Below, one piece after another: positions 29,131 to 43,470 of a DNA stretch of 64,000 bases. This DNA is from Eledone cirrhosa (lineage: Eukaryota), in assembly GCA_964016885.1 (NCBI GenBank), contig OZ024742.1, positions 114,514,001 through 114,578,000 on the forward strand. The letters are read 5' to 3'. The notes under the pieces are model-generated. The model saw nothing but the letters and a program-made list of their open reading frames with translations. It did not search any database and was not told the origin of the DNA. The stretch's first letter is position 1. The number at the start of each line of letters is the position of its first letter. Position numbers and translations under genes: made by a program.

Positions 29131-29765
29131 TTATAATATCATTTATGCATATATACGTGCTAATTGAACCCTATCAATTAATTACTCTGTATGTATTCAA
29201 CTCTCTTTAATACTGCATCAGACGCACGTTGTACAACTTCACTCAATGAATCTCTTTGAGTTCTCACGAATATGCCTTCTTTAAACTTTGCTTGTGTTAA
29301 TCGAGGAAAGATAATGTTTAGCATTTTGACTGCTTGCATCTCAGGTTCAAAACGTCGGCACTTGTTTTAAGGCAATTACTATAATTAACTTCTGAGTGAA
29401 TATCTTTCAGATACTACGTAATAGTACTTGCCATAACACAAGAACCAGTTTTTAATCGCTGCTCCCAAACCGTGAAATATCTGTTATGTAAATTCAAAAC
29501 ACTGGAAAACCATAAATATCCAGAGAAATGAACTAACTCAGAAGAAAATTGTGTCCCCCCCGCTTCAGTTTAATTTCAGTTACCTCCCTTACCATCACGG
29601 TATCGCTGTCCATCGGATGGAATCCTCTCAGCTCATATAGACTTACGTTCTCACCGCAGCCATAAAAGGGTTGAAAATCCGGTCGTTGAAACGCGCGTCC
29701 TTGATTGTGGTCTGCTGATTTGTTGTGGAACTAACTGTATATATATATATAAATATATAACAAAA

Positions 29766-29848
<83 letters not shown>

Positions 29849-30204
29849 GAGAAACGCGTAATCCAGCTTCTCCCATATGATATATGTGAGTCTTTGAGCA
29901 TGTATGTACGATTGGCTGTTTCTATGTATATAAATAGAAATGCACTTATGAATATCGTTTTCCTTTCATTCTTTGTATGTAAATCTGGTAAATTAAGTAA
30001 ATTTCCTATAACCTCGAACATTTCCTCGTCCACTCTATAACGTACTAAAGTATCAAAGCCGTTAGAACATTTTAGCTTTTTGATTTTTCTTTTACTTTTT
30101 GTACATTGGAAATACACAATGTATGAACAATTAAATCTGTAATTACCAATAATTGACAATATATGTATAATTGTTATTGATTTAGACATAAGGCTAACAA
30201 TTGT

Positions 30205-30385
30205 CGGATGAGGGGTTAGTCGTTTAAATCGACTCCAGTGCAATAATAGTACTTTTTATCGAACCCATAGGATGAAGGGTAAAGGTAACCTCGGCGTGAT
30301 TTGAACTGAGAATCTAAAAAAATGAAATCGCTATGTCACAAATCTTGTCTTCTGACGCTTTAGTAATACTACCAATTTACTACCC
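30205..30385 (-). mobile_element. tRNA-derived SINE (octopus-type), decayed
   Basis: atcgactccagtg..gtactttttatcgaaccc..ggatgaagggtaaaggtaacctcggcgtgatttgaactgagaat. Reverse B-box gttcaaat. Homologous to 63063-63200. Confidence 0.7.
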
Positions 30386-31331
30386 GTCAATGTAGTTAAA
30401 ATACAAGATATTTATTTACATTTGATATCATTCTGTTTCCTTTTAATTGCCGATTTCCAAATCGTTAAATAATTCATACAAAATAATGTTTCCTTTGCAG
30501 AGTAAAGTAGCACTTCAAAATCGTTTATATCATAGACCATTCATAATGACATTTAAAACTGGATATAGAAACGTATTTTATTATTGATAGATTCCTCTCG
30601 TAATAAATATTAATGGCAATTTTACTCAACCAAATTGTCAAATGATTTTGTTTCACCTGTCACACACGTAGGAACAAAGCATAACAAATATTCACATGTT
30701 TCTATGAAAAACGCAAGTTTTACCTTTGTAGAATGTTTTGATCCTGAATGATTATCAACGCATTGACAAATCGTCAACATAATCTATTGATACATGAATA
30801 TGGCATTTTTTTTCTTTGTTAGAAACATAGTTCTCAACAGTCGATATTCTGTTGGGCGATTTCTGAAACTTTAGATTCGAACCACACTTTGTAATCAAAT
30901 AGTTAAAAATATATAGATTGTATTCATCACAGAACCGAGTGTGTAATACTCACTGAGGTTGGATAAACACATGAAATAAAATTTCCTCGAGTTCTCACTT
31001 GGCTACTGATGTAAATGACATAAACAGAGCTTGGAGCACCGACAGTAATGTAGGATTATGTTTGGTAAACATATCGTGTCTTCCTACATATGTAAATCTA
31101 TTATGAATCACACAGTTTGAGATATGCTGCTACTTAATACTACCCATTCAATTGACCATTATTTTCAAACTGGTATCTGCAAGAGAGGTTTTTAAGTACA
31201 TTGTATATATCCTGCACTTTATTTAGAAAAGTATGAGTAAACGTCAACAATGGCGGATACAAATCCTAAACGGTTAGCGTCTCGACGTTCCTACCTGGTT
31301 AATAAGAATGTTTTGAATTAAATCATTCGTA

Positions 31332-31410
<79 letters not shown>

Positions 31411-31650
31411 AGAAAAAAGAGAATTAGTGTTGCGACGAAAGGAGTTTATTGGATATATTACAAATGTTTCTCGGACAACAAGCTTGAGGCACGATCGATA
31501 TGGTGATCACACCTGACTCTGCAATCAACACGGTCGTGAGATCCGTCTCGATTCTACGAAGCAGATATTCTCTGATATCATACTATGCTCTACGACAGCA
31601 TTGAGTGCTCATACGGTCTAACGCATAAGGGCGCTTTAAGCATCCACCAC

Positions 31651-31696
<46 letters not shown>

Positions 31697-31701
31697 GTGG
31701 T

Positions 31702-31755
<54 letters not shown>

Positions 31756-31762
31756 GTGGTGG

Positions 31763-32948
<1,186 letters not shown>

Positions 32949-32952
32949 TATA

Positions 32953-32998
<46 letters not shown>

Positions 32999-33004
32999 AC
33001 ATGT

Positions 33005-33580
33005 ATTCTAGTACAACCTGTCTCAGGGTCGGGTGGATAGCGACTAAACTGGCAACCCCATCAAGGTTTCTTAGTGAGGAGGGAGATTTTGGACATCCTA
33101 CAGGACTAAAAACAAAACCTGTCAAAGGGCAAAGGAGCTCTTAAGAGTCAGTGGCCATCCAAAATCACCGGGAGAGATGACCCCTTAGCCTTTGTCAAGG
33201 CATAATTCTAGGAGAAGGAAGACTATGATATAACACCTGCAACCCTGATGGTATCCAATGATGTTGACTTGTTCTTATTTTTGGTAAATATCATCTTGGT
33301 TAAGAGAGTGGGACTGGCTTTGTGCAGTGCCTTTGCTCACTATAAAAGCTTAACGGCACAGGCATTGCTTTGTATATGGAGATCTCTCTGCGCTTGTCGT
33401 CACATGATACCATTGGCCCAGCACTATGTGTCAATAATTTTCACAAGTGTAGTGTTTGTACCAGAGTTTTCAAGTCGCTGGCTGGACTGAAGAGTCACAC
33501 TCGTTCAGCGCATAGGTAGGGGTTCTCCTACATGGATATAAATTAGTGGCCGTACACGAAAACGTGTTGGCAGTCACCAT
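33005..33580 (+). mobile_element. Short non-autonomous RTE-like element (5' UTR-like head joined to C2H2-finger 3' end); second copy about 41677-42252
   Basis: Contains ctaggagaaggaagactatgat (RTE-type 5' UTR-like, from memory). 33433-33519 encodes NNFHKCSVCTRVFKSLAGLKSHTRSAHR-stop. Sits between (TA)n tracts. Confidence 0.6.
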
Positions 33581-34509
33581 ATATATATATATATGTATTT
33601 ATATATATATATATATATGTTTTGTGAAGGTACGTATACTTTCTCGTACGTATATTTGATTATATATGTTAGTGCGTATGTTTTAATATATTCTGGTACA
33701 TATGCTTTTGGCTATGTGTTTACGGGAGTTGTGCGTCTGTGTGAGTATGCAGCTTCCTACGTATGATGGGTGCGTGTATATGTGTACTTCATGTTTTGGT
33801 TGACGTTCGTCTCCGAACATTTGTGTATTTACATGTAGGTATGCGCCTGCGCTTGTTATATACGTATTTATTTATTTATATACGTTTATTTAATTACTTA
33901 TTTATTTGTATACACGCACACACACACACATTTATATGTGCGTGGTTTTGTATACCTATGGCGAGTGTTTTCGCGTATGCTTGTGTATGTACGTATTTGG
34001 ATTCGTGTATCTATTGATTTAATTTCAATTACGTCTGTATTGTATTTTATTTACTTTATTCTTAACTCTGAAGCGGAGAATAATTCGGTTTCCTAGTTAG
34101 AATTTTATTCTACGACTTCAGCTATACCATTTACGTGGTTTTGTCTTTGCGTGCAATTGTTCTCCACGCTCCACATATGACGTATTATCTTCGTTTTTTC
34201 CCGTTCTTTGCCACGGAACGTTTCCACGAACAAAAGTATCGTCTTCCTGTCTTCCTCCGGTTGCAACGTTTTTTGAAATATCCACTTTTGCGTTTACAGA
34301 TTGACTTTGTTAGTTTCAGAAGATCCCGTTAAGGGCGAAAGCAGTGATTATTTGCTTAAACTTTAATCTGTTATTTTAATAAATATTTGCTCTAAGGTTT
34401 TTATATATATGATATATATTTATCCTTATCGAGACCTCTTTGGATTTTAGACTTCAAATTTATTATTATTACTATATATATAATGATATATATATAAATA
34501 TATATATAG

Positions 34510-34871
34510 AGATAATTAGTATAATTACCAAAATATGCGTACACCCACTCATTCCGACTAGCATCAGTGTCACGTGATTGATTCTTTAGAATCTACTATT
34601 TGACCAGAGACAGTGAACTTTTTCAGTGCTTTGGAATTTAGTCCCCGCTAGCTGTTCCATCCACCGAATTATTATTTTTATATGAGTCCCTAGTGTCCGC
34701 GCATTGCCTGGAGACTTAGCTGAGAATAGACTCCCTGATGACGTAATGAATTCTCGATGGTTACATTGCGTAACTATCTTTATCCCATTACAGAAACTAA
34801 TTAGTTGGAGTGAAAATTTTTGTAAGTAAGTTAATTTTTAACTTTCAAAATTTTCTTATTTTACGTCTTTC

Positions 34872-34878
<7 letters not shown>
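34510..34878 (+). mobile_element. Solo pLTR-like insert with HHR, present only in duplication copy A
   Basis: About 370-bp non-coding segment between (TA)n tracts. Absent from the homologous array 43145-43352. Confidence 0.8.
34730..34811 (+). ncRNA. Type I hammerhead ribozyme motif
   Basis: actcc-CTGATGA-cgtaatg...cattaca-GAAA-ctaattag-TT-ggagt. Palindromic aCTAATTAGt stem III. C-A mismatch at the base of stem II. Confidence 0.85.
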
Positions 34879-34954
<76 letters not shown>

Positions 34955-34958
<4 letters not shown>

Positions 34959-35998
34959 TGATGAAGATCTTAAAGGCTTATGGAATCCCCAAGAGGATAG
35001 TGGACCTGATATCACTGCTCTACACCAACACCAAAGCCCAAGTCATTACACCTGATGGGATGACAGAGTTCTTTGAGATACTGGCTGGAGTGCTCCAGGG
35101 AGATACATTGGCTCCCTACCTTTTTATGATCGTAGTGGACTATTGTATGCGCCTTGCACTGGAGAAACACCAGGACTCTGGCTTTACTGTAGCACCGGCT
35201 CAGAGCAGGAGAGTTGGTCGAAAAAGGTATCGGATGCTGAATGTGCCGACGACATTGTTTTGGTGACAAATACAGTGAAGGAGGCAGAAGATTTGATGCG
35301 GGAGGTTGAGACTGTGACGATGAGTGTGGATTTGAGAATGAATGAGACTAAAACAAAATATCTGGTAGATAATGTTGAGAAGCCAGAGGGGATCACTAAT
35401 GTAGGCGGGAAGCCGCTGGATTTGGTTGAGGACTTCCTGTATTTGGGAGCAAAGATTGGGATTACGGCAGACGATGTGGTTGAGAGGAAGAGCAAGGCCT
35501 GGGCGGCGTGTCACCGCTTGAGATCGGTGTGGAAGTCGGACCTTCGTAGAGACCTGAAAATCCGCCTCTTTATTGCTGTAGTGGAGTCTGTGCTGCTGTG
35601 TGGGTCTGAGACTTGGACACTGACCAAAAGACTCACTCAGATGGTGGATGTGTGCTACACGAGAATGCTGAGGATGGCTCTGAACATTAATCAGTATACC
35701 CTGAGGATGAGAAGCTCAGAGCTGTATGGGAGCATCCCAAAAGTCAGCTCAAAAGTGACACAGAGGAGACTGAGGTTGGCTGGACATGCACACCGACATC
35801 CAGAGTTGACATTACACTCAGTGCTCCTTTGGGAGCCCCTACATGCACACACTAGAAGAGGAAGACCAAGGTTAACATATGTTGATGCCCTAAAGACAGA
35901 TACTGGTCTGTTGGAGATGAAGGGTATGGCAGCGATAATGAGGGACAGAGACCGCTGGAGAGAACTCGTCCCTGGATCTCGGGAATTTTAGCCGCCTT

Positions 35999-36000
<2 letters not shown>
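34955..36000 (+). mobile_element. 5'-truncated RTE-superfamily LINE inserted in (TA)n
   Basis: KILKAYGIP..GVLQGDTLAPYLF, frameshift near 35210, ECADD (degenerate motif C), FLYLG, SETWTLTK, LRLAGH..WEP..RGRP, stop at 35991. (TA)n directly on both sides. Confidence 0.93.
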
Positions 36001-36060
<60 letters not shown>

Positions 36061-36101
36061 AAATGAAAATCCGAAGGCAAGGTAAAATTCCAATCATTTA
36101 A

Positions 36102-36175
36102 TCACTACACATGTTTCAATAAGAGATAGATCGATTGTGAAGCCACGATCAATTATCAATGATAGCATCAGGTGA
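36102..36175 (-). ncRNA. Hammerhead motif, A9C variant copy
   Basis: tcac-CTGATGC-tatc...att-GAAA-catgtg-TA-gtga. Confidence 0.6.
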
Positions 36176-37789
36176 AAATGAATTGTCTTCAAATTTCTTG
36201 ATGTGAGGGAGAAAAAACGATGTTACGTCACATAATTCATTCCCTCATATGGAGACACACCAGTCAGTCAGAGACGAGGTGACTGCTATTAGCTTAAAAT
36301 TGAGGTCACAAAACTTTTCAGACTTCCATCGCTGCAAAAGACTCTGGACATCGAAACAAATCCGGAGGGATGCAGTTACTCACAGTTAGAAGTAAGTGGA
36401 TACACACACACTCCACACACGCATACATCGGCTTGATGTCAAATAAAAATAAAAATAAACATAAAAATAAATGCATATACACACAACAACAGAGTATTAA
36501 ACCCGCAGAATTAGCGTGGGTGGGCACACATACACCCCAACACACACCGGAGCGACATTCGAGAAAAAGCGTATATAAGAATGTACCAAAACAGCAATCA
36601 CCCAAAAGTTAGTTCGTAAAGCAACAGACATTATGTCCGTCAAATATCAATTTGAGATGTAAATCGGAAATTTTAAGTTAACCGACGCTACACACACCTA
36701 CACACAGACACAAGCGCGTGCGCGCAGGTAAGTTCAGTTTTCTGCTGTACGTGTAAAGATACAATTGTAACATCAATATCTTCAAGTGTGTGTTATGGCA
36801 AAAGGTATGCACACATCCGAATCTGCCAAAATATGGAACTCTGGGTATATACACATTCATGTGAAAAGCTCAATTTGACGATGTAGATTGGAAATGTTGG
36901 GTTAACCAAAGCTACACACATATACACACACACACGTGCGTGCGCGCATGTAAGTTCAGTTCAATGTTCTGCTATACGCGTATAGATCCAATTGTAACAT
37001 CCATATCTTCAAGTGTGTGTTATGGTAAAAGGTATACACACATCCGAATCGTCCAAAAATAAAGAGGAGGGGATATCCGGGTATATACACATCCATGTGA
37101 AGAGCAAGCAATCAGCTCATGTCGAACTCCTTGTGTACCGCTGTCCAGTTGAGAATCAAAATAACCAAATCCATGCGTGCAAGCAACTGTAGTCTGGGCC
37201 GGCAAAGGGCTTTACGTAGGGTTGGTATAGGGTAAATAGGTCCGCAAGTGCGATCTCCCGCCACATGGGCCAATGAGCTGTTAAGATAGTTGTTTGAGTT
37301 GTGGAGGTGTGTTATTCAGCATAGAAGGTGAAGTAAGAAAATACAGGACAGTGAAGGTGTGTAGGCCCATTAATCGTGTGTCAGTATCATTGTTCAATCC
37401 GTAACAATGAGTCCTCCATGGTTAGATGATCACGCATCAAAAACTGGTGTAGAGGTCAGTTGGTAGGAACGTGACATTCGTAAATGTTGGAGCTGAATGT
37501 CTTAAAGAAGCGGGTACTGTGTGTAGAGCTATGTTTAGGGAGCGTAACCGGTCCTAACTAAGTGTGTAATCAATCTAACTATTTACTAGCTAGGTATTCT
37601 AAAGGAGAGCACTCAGATATGAGAACTCCGTGGAAACATGCCGAGTATCTTTGCAAGTGCGCAAACAATCTTAGCCGTCTAACTACCTAAGTGCGTGACT
37701 GTCCGTTTATTGAGAGGACTCTAGGGCTAAAGTAGAGAGGGAGGAGTTTTTGGTAGATTACCTTCCAAAAATCCTGCGGAGGGTTTTGA

Positions 37790-38490
37790 GGTTCTATGTT
37801 GAGAGTTGCTGCAAAAAATCCGCTCTTCTATTAATTAACAAGGGGCCGCCTCTAATAATATTGAAAGTTTCAGCTATACATAAATTGCAGACGACAGTGC
37901 CGTCGTTATAAGGTTGTGCTGCAAACTATGGACCAGGATAAGGAGTGCTCTATATTCTGAAGTTTAGGCTTCCAGACTATTTCCAAAAGTGCCGTGCTAT
38001 TTTTCTTATCTAATCTATTAAAGGTATGGCGGTGATTATACCATATATCCTTAAATCCAGTGGCAGTTGCTCCAACATACCTAAAAGTTCTATCAGGAGT
38101 GGTGACCTTACATTTGTAGACTATGTTTTTGGTAAGGCATTTCCCAGCCAATGTGCAGGTGGCGGTTCTTCTGCAGTTGCATTCTCTGCTATCGATCTGG
38201 GTGGTTCGAGAAGGACCACGGTACATTTGGGGTCGGGTCTCAGTTCCAGTCTGCTCTAGGGGTAAATTCCACGGGGTAGGGTCGACCCGACTCGCCTCAC
38301 GTGTATGAGTCAGTTCCTCAATAGAGCTGCCATTGTTACTGCTATGCCTAAATCCCTCATTGGCTGTCTTAAGTCTACTATAATTCATCTTAGCTATATT
38401 CTGAGCTATGTTACTAGTTGTAGAGTAGGACAACTTGATAGTATTACTATTAAATATTTCATAATATCTGTGCGATCTAGGGAAGCAATT
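37790..38490 (-). pseudogene. PLE linker + GIY-YIG endonuclease fragment
   Basis: SYSTTSNIAQNI..ECNCRRTATCTLAGKCLTKNIVYKCKV..RYVGATATGFKDIWYNHRHTF..STALLEIVWK..SWSIV. Same CNC-x5-C type as 22950-23400. Confidence 0.88.
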
Positions 38491-39207
38491 GTCTAAGGCC
38501 CTAAATTGAGCTCTTCACATGGATGTGTACATACCCAGACTTCCATCTTTTGGCTGATTCGGATGTGTGTATACCTTTTGCCATAACACACACTTGAAGA
38601 TATTGATGTTAAAATTGGATCTTCAGCAGAACATTGAACTAAACTTACTTGCGCGCACGCACTTATGTCTGTGTGCATGTGTGTGTAGCGTTGGTTAACT
38701 TAACATTTCCGATTTACATCGTCAAATTGAGATTTGACCGACATAATTTCTGTTGCTTTACGAACTAACTTTTCGGTGATTGCTGTGTTGGTACATTCTT
38801 ATATATGTTTTTTCTCGAATGTCGTTTCGGTGTGTGTTGGGGTGTATGTGTGCCCACCCACGCTAATTCTGCGGGTTTAATACTGTGTTGTTGTGTGTAT
38901 ATGTATTTATTTTTATGTTTATTTTTATTTTTATATTTATTTGACCTCGAGCTGATGTATGCGGGTGTGAAGTGTGTGTGTATCCACTTACTTCTAACTG
39001 TAACTGACTGCATCCCTACGGATTTGTTTCGATGTCCAGCGGCTTTTGCAGCGATGGAAGTCTGAAAGCCTTTGTGACCTCAATTTTAAGCTAATAGCAG
39101 TCGCCTCGTCTCTGACTGACTGGTGTGTCTCCATATGAGGGAATGAATCATCTGAGGTAACATCGTTTTTTCTCCCTCATATCAAGAAATCTGAAGACAA
39201 TTCATAT

Positions 39208-39281
39208 TCACCTGATGAGTTCAGTGATAATTGATCGTGGCTTCATAATCGATCTATCTCTTATTGATACATATGTCGTGA
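39208..39281 (+). ncRNA. Hammerhead motif, GAAA-to-GATA copy
   Basis: tcac-CTGATGA-gttc...att-GATA-catatg-TC-gtga. Confidence 0.6.
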
Positions 39282-39948
39282 TTAAATGATTGGAATTTTC
39301 CCTTGCCTTCGGATTTTCATTTTGATACTCAGTTTTAAATCATGTAGCTGTTCCCTCGAATGGAATTGAAGATATACAAAAGCGTTGAGAATTTAATATT
39401 GCTAACATAAAGATATTGGACATTTTTACACAACCAATATTGCATCTTACTATATAACAACTATATATATATATATATAAAGGTTAACACATACATAATG
39501 TTATAGATATATACATGTTGCAACTGGTCACTTTTAAGCTCTATGAAGAATTAATAAATTAAAAAATCAGAGCAATATGTCATAAATCATGTCTTTAGAA
39601 TCATCAGATAAAATATATACTATTTCTTCTTCTAATTAGCATAATTAACCATATAAAAAATCAATTAGAACAAGCTATAAGATGAAAGGCTCTTATGGAG
39701 AAATCTCCGACAAATAACCGAACGTTGCCTCTTCGCGGTGGCCCCGATCGAGTATTTATCCAACATTTCGACAGCATGTAGAAACTGACTAAATATATCA
39801 TCAACCATACACAATTAGGTGTAAAATTAAAACTTAGAAGAAATGCGTACATACCGTAATTATATCTCTACCATGGTTTCTTCCTTATTTTTAGACATCC
39901 AAATAATAGGAATGTCCTGAGTTAGGATTCACCAGGAGACAAACTCAA

Positions 39949-40452
39949 AATCAGACATCTAGTTTTTCAATCCGATCCCGCCAAAAATAGATAAAAAAAT
40001 GGCTAAGAATTGTTATGTGGCGGTGGTCAAGCCAGAAAGAATGTATATTGGTTGCTTACGGCGGGTAGGCTTGCTGCTAGAAAGTGCAGCCAAATATCGC
40101 CAAATTTAATCTAAACCTATCGGGAGATTATTAAATATAAAGGTTAACATATACATAAAGTTATAGATAAATACATCTTACAACTGGTCACTTTAAGCTC
40201 TATGAAGAATTAATAAATAAAAAAATCAGAGCAATATATAATAAATAATTTCTTTAGAATCATGTCTTAATAATCTCCCGATGGGTTGAGATTAAATTTG
40301 GCGATAATTGGCTGCGCTTTCTAGCAGCAAGCCTACCCGCCGTAAGCAACCAATCACATTATTTCTGGCTTGACCACAGCCACATAGCGATTCTTAGCCA
40401 TTTTTGAATCTATTTTTGGCGGGATCGGATTGATAACCTAGATGTCTGATTT
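39949..40452. repeat. Inverted repeat (about 185-bp arms) whose spacer is a direct copy of 39476-39603
   Basis: 39949-40134 is the reverse complement of 40267-40452. Spacer begins atataaaggttaacatatacata as at 39476. Confidence 0.85.
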
Positions 40453-40580
40453 CCTGTCGTTGGCAGATTATAATAATAATAAGGCACATTTATCAATTCC
40501 AGTACCGGTTGTATCACAGCGAAATCAATGGGCAATGTAAGATACATTACCAGAGTATACACATAGTTATTTGCCTCAAC

Positions 40581-40622
<42 letters not shown>

Positions 40623-43144
40623 TAAACTCAAACAGTCTTTTACAATTAAATAGCTAAAAGAAAGGAATATTTCTGAGCCGTGTAATACAAATGAATATAT
40701 TATAGGGATAAAACTGATACAAGTATACATATGTTCGCATTGCAAATGACCAAGTTAGCTCGATTGAAAAATACTAATTAAAATAATACGGTTTGCCTGT
40801 CTCGATTTAAAATAATAAATCATTAAAAACAAACCTATATTGACAATAGCAGTGATACCCGGGACACATTTAAAATTTCAAATTTCAAATTTGTTTCGCA
40901 ACAATTAAGTGAAAGTTCCTATTCATGTGCTCTTCTGCAGGTATCCAGAAATTGGTAAGTTTCACTTCAAAATACTTAAGAAGACTTAGAGAAATGTACT
41001 GTTGAACGCACATGTATCACAGCGCCTAGCTCTTCCCATACTGGTGCCGCTAAAAATAGCAGCCGGTTTTATGGGACTAAAAATTAGCTCTACGTATGGT
41101 GCCGAGAATATTATGTATACAGATATAAACTGAAATAGACTTTTACAATTAAATAGCTCAAAGAAATGAATATTTCTGAGCCGTGTAATACAAATGAATA
41201 TATGATAGGGATAAACACTTATACATGTATACATGTGTTCGCATTGCACATGACCAAGTTAGCTAGATTGAAAAATACTAATTAAAATAGTACGGTTTGC
41301 CTGTCTCGATTTAAAATAATAAATCAATAAAAACAAACCTATATTTCTCTAAGTCTTCTTAAGTATTTTGAAATGAAACTTACCAATTTCTGGATACCTG
41401 CATAAGAGCAGAGGAATAGGAACTTTCATTTAATTGTTGCAAAACAAATTTGAAATTTAAAATTAAAAATGTGTCCGGATATCACGGTTATTGTCAATAT
41501 AGGTTTGTTTTTATTGATTTATTATTTTAATTCGAGACAGGCAAACCGTATTATTTTAATTAGTATTTTTCAATCTAGCTAATTTGGCCATTTGCAATGC
41601 GAACGCATGTATACTTGTATGTATGTATATATATATATATATATATAATATATATACATATATATATATAACATGCATCCTAGTACAACCTGTCTTGGGG
41701 TCGGGTGGATGGCGGCTAAACTGGCAACCCCACCAAGGTTTCTTGGTGAGGAGGGAGATTTTGGACATCCTACAGGACTAAAAACAAAACCTGTCAAAGA
41801 GCAAAGGAGCTCTTAAGAGTCAGTGGCCATCCAAAATCACCGGGAGAGATGACCCCTTAGCCTTTGTCAAGGCATAATTCTAGGAGAAGGAGGACTATGA
41901 TATAACACCTGCAACCCTGATGGTATCTAATGATGTTGACTTGTTCTTATTTTTGGTAAATATCATCCTGGTTAAGAGAGAGGGACTGGCCTTGTTCAGT
42001 TCCTTTGCTCACTATAAAAGCTCCACGGCACAGGCATTGCTTTGTATCTGGAAATCTCTCTGCACTTGTCGTCACATGGTACCATGGGCCCAGCACTATG
42101 TGTCAATAATTTTCACAAGTGTAGTGTTTGTACCAGAGTTTTCAAGTCGTTGGCTGGACTAAAGAGTCACACTCGTTCAGCGCATAGGTAGGGGTTCTCC
42201 TACATTGATATAAATTAGTGGCCGTACTCGAAAACGTGTTAGCAGCCACCATAGATACATATATATATGTATTTATATATATATATATGTTTTGTGAAGG
42301 TACGTATACTTTCTCGTACGTATATTTGATTATATATGTTAGTGCGTATGTTTTAATATATTCTCGTACATATGCTTTTGGTTATGTGTTTACGGGAGTT
42401 TTGCGTCTGTGTGAGTATGCGGCTTCCTACGTATGATGGGTGCGTGTATATGTGTACTTCATGTTTTGGTTGACGTTCGTCTCCGAACATTTGTGTATTT
42501 ACATGTAGGTATGTGCGTGCGCTTGTTATATACGTATTTATTTATTTATATACGTTTATTTAATTACTTATTTATTTGTATACACGCGCACACACACACA
42601 TATTTATATGTGCGTGGTTTTGTATACCTATGGCGAGTGTTTTCGTGTATGCCTGTGTATGTACGCATTTGGATTCGTGAATCTATTGATTTAATTTCAA
42701 TTACATCTGTATTGTATTTTATTTACTTTATTCTTAACTCTGAAGGGGAAAATAATTCGGTTTCCTAGTTAGAATTTTAGTCTACGACTTCAGCTATACC
42801 ATTTACGTGGTTTTGTCTTTGCGTGCAATTGCTCTCTACGTTCCACATATGACGTATTATCTTCGTTTTTTCCCGTTCTTTACCAGGGAATGTTTCCACG
42901 AACAAAAGTATCGTCTTCCTGTCTTCCTCCGGTTGCAACGTTTTTTTGAAATATCCACTTTTGCGTTTACAGATTGACTTTGTTAGTTTCAGAAAATCCC
43001 GTTAAGGGTGAAAGCAGCGATTATTTGCTTAAACTTTAATCTGTTATTTTAATAAATATTTGCTCTACGGTTTTTATATATATGATATATATTTATCCTT
43101 ATCGAGCCCTCTTTGGATTTTAGTCTTCAAATTATTATTATTAC

Positions 43145-43353
<209 letters not shown>

Positions 43354-43396
43354 TTAAATGAAAATCCAAAGGCAAGGTAAAATTCCAATCATTTAA

Positions 43397-43470
43397 TCAC
43401 GACATATGTTTCAATAAGAGATATATCGATTGTGAAGCCACGATTAATTATCACTGATCTCATCCGTTGA
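43397..43470 (-). ncRNA. Hammerhead motif, mutated core copy
   Basis: tcaa-CGGATGA-gatc...att-GAAA-catatg-TC-gtga. Confidence 0.55.

Larger units (their letters stand above)
36056..39327 (-). mobile_element. 5'-truncated PLE (GIY-YIG + about 1.7-kb 3' UTR) with about 820-bp inverted pLTR
   Basis: 36056-36876 is the reverse complement of 38503-39327. GIY-YIG on the minus strand at 37790-38490. About 230-bp internal tandem subrepeat at 36645-37105. Confidence 0.92.

Noticed and set aside
29640-29710. GAAA-cgcgcg-TC palindromic stem III
   Set aside because: No upstream CTGANGA or stem I partner.
31450-31572. Minus-strand GAAA-catttg-TA-atat near aataaa
   Set aside because: The upstream box reads ctgcttc, too far from CTGANGA.
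40885-40945. Minus-strand CAGAAGA-gca...tgc-GAAA-caaatttg (similar cagaaga motif at 34317)
   Set aside because: U4 is altered and the UH site and stem I are absent. Suggestive only.
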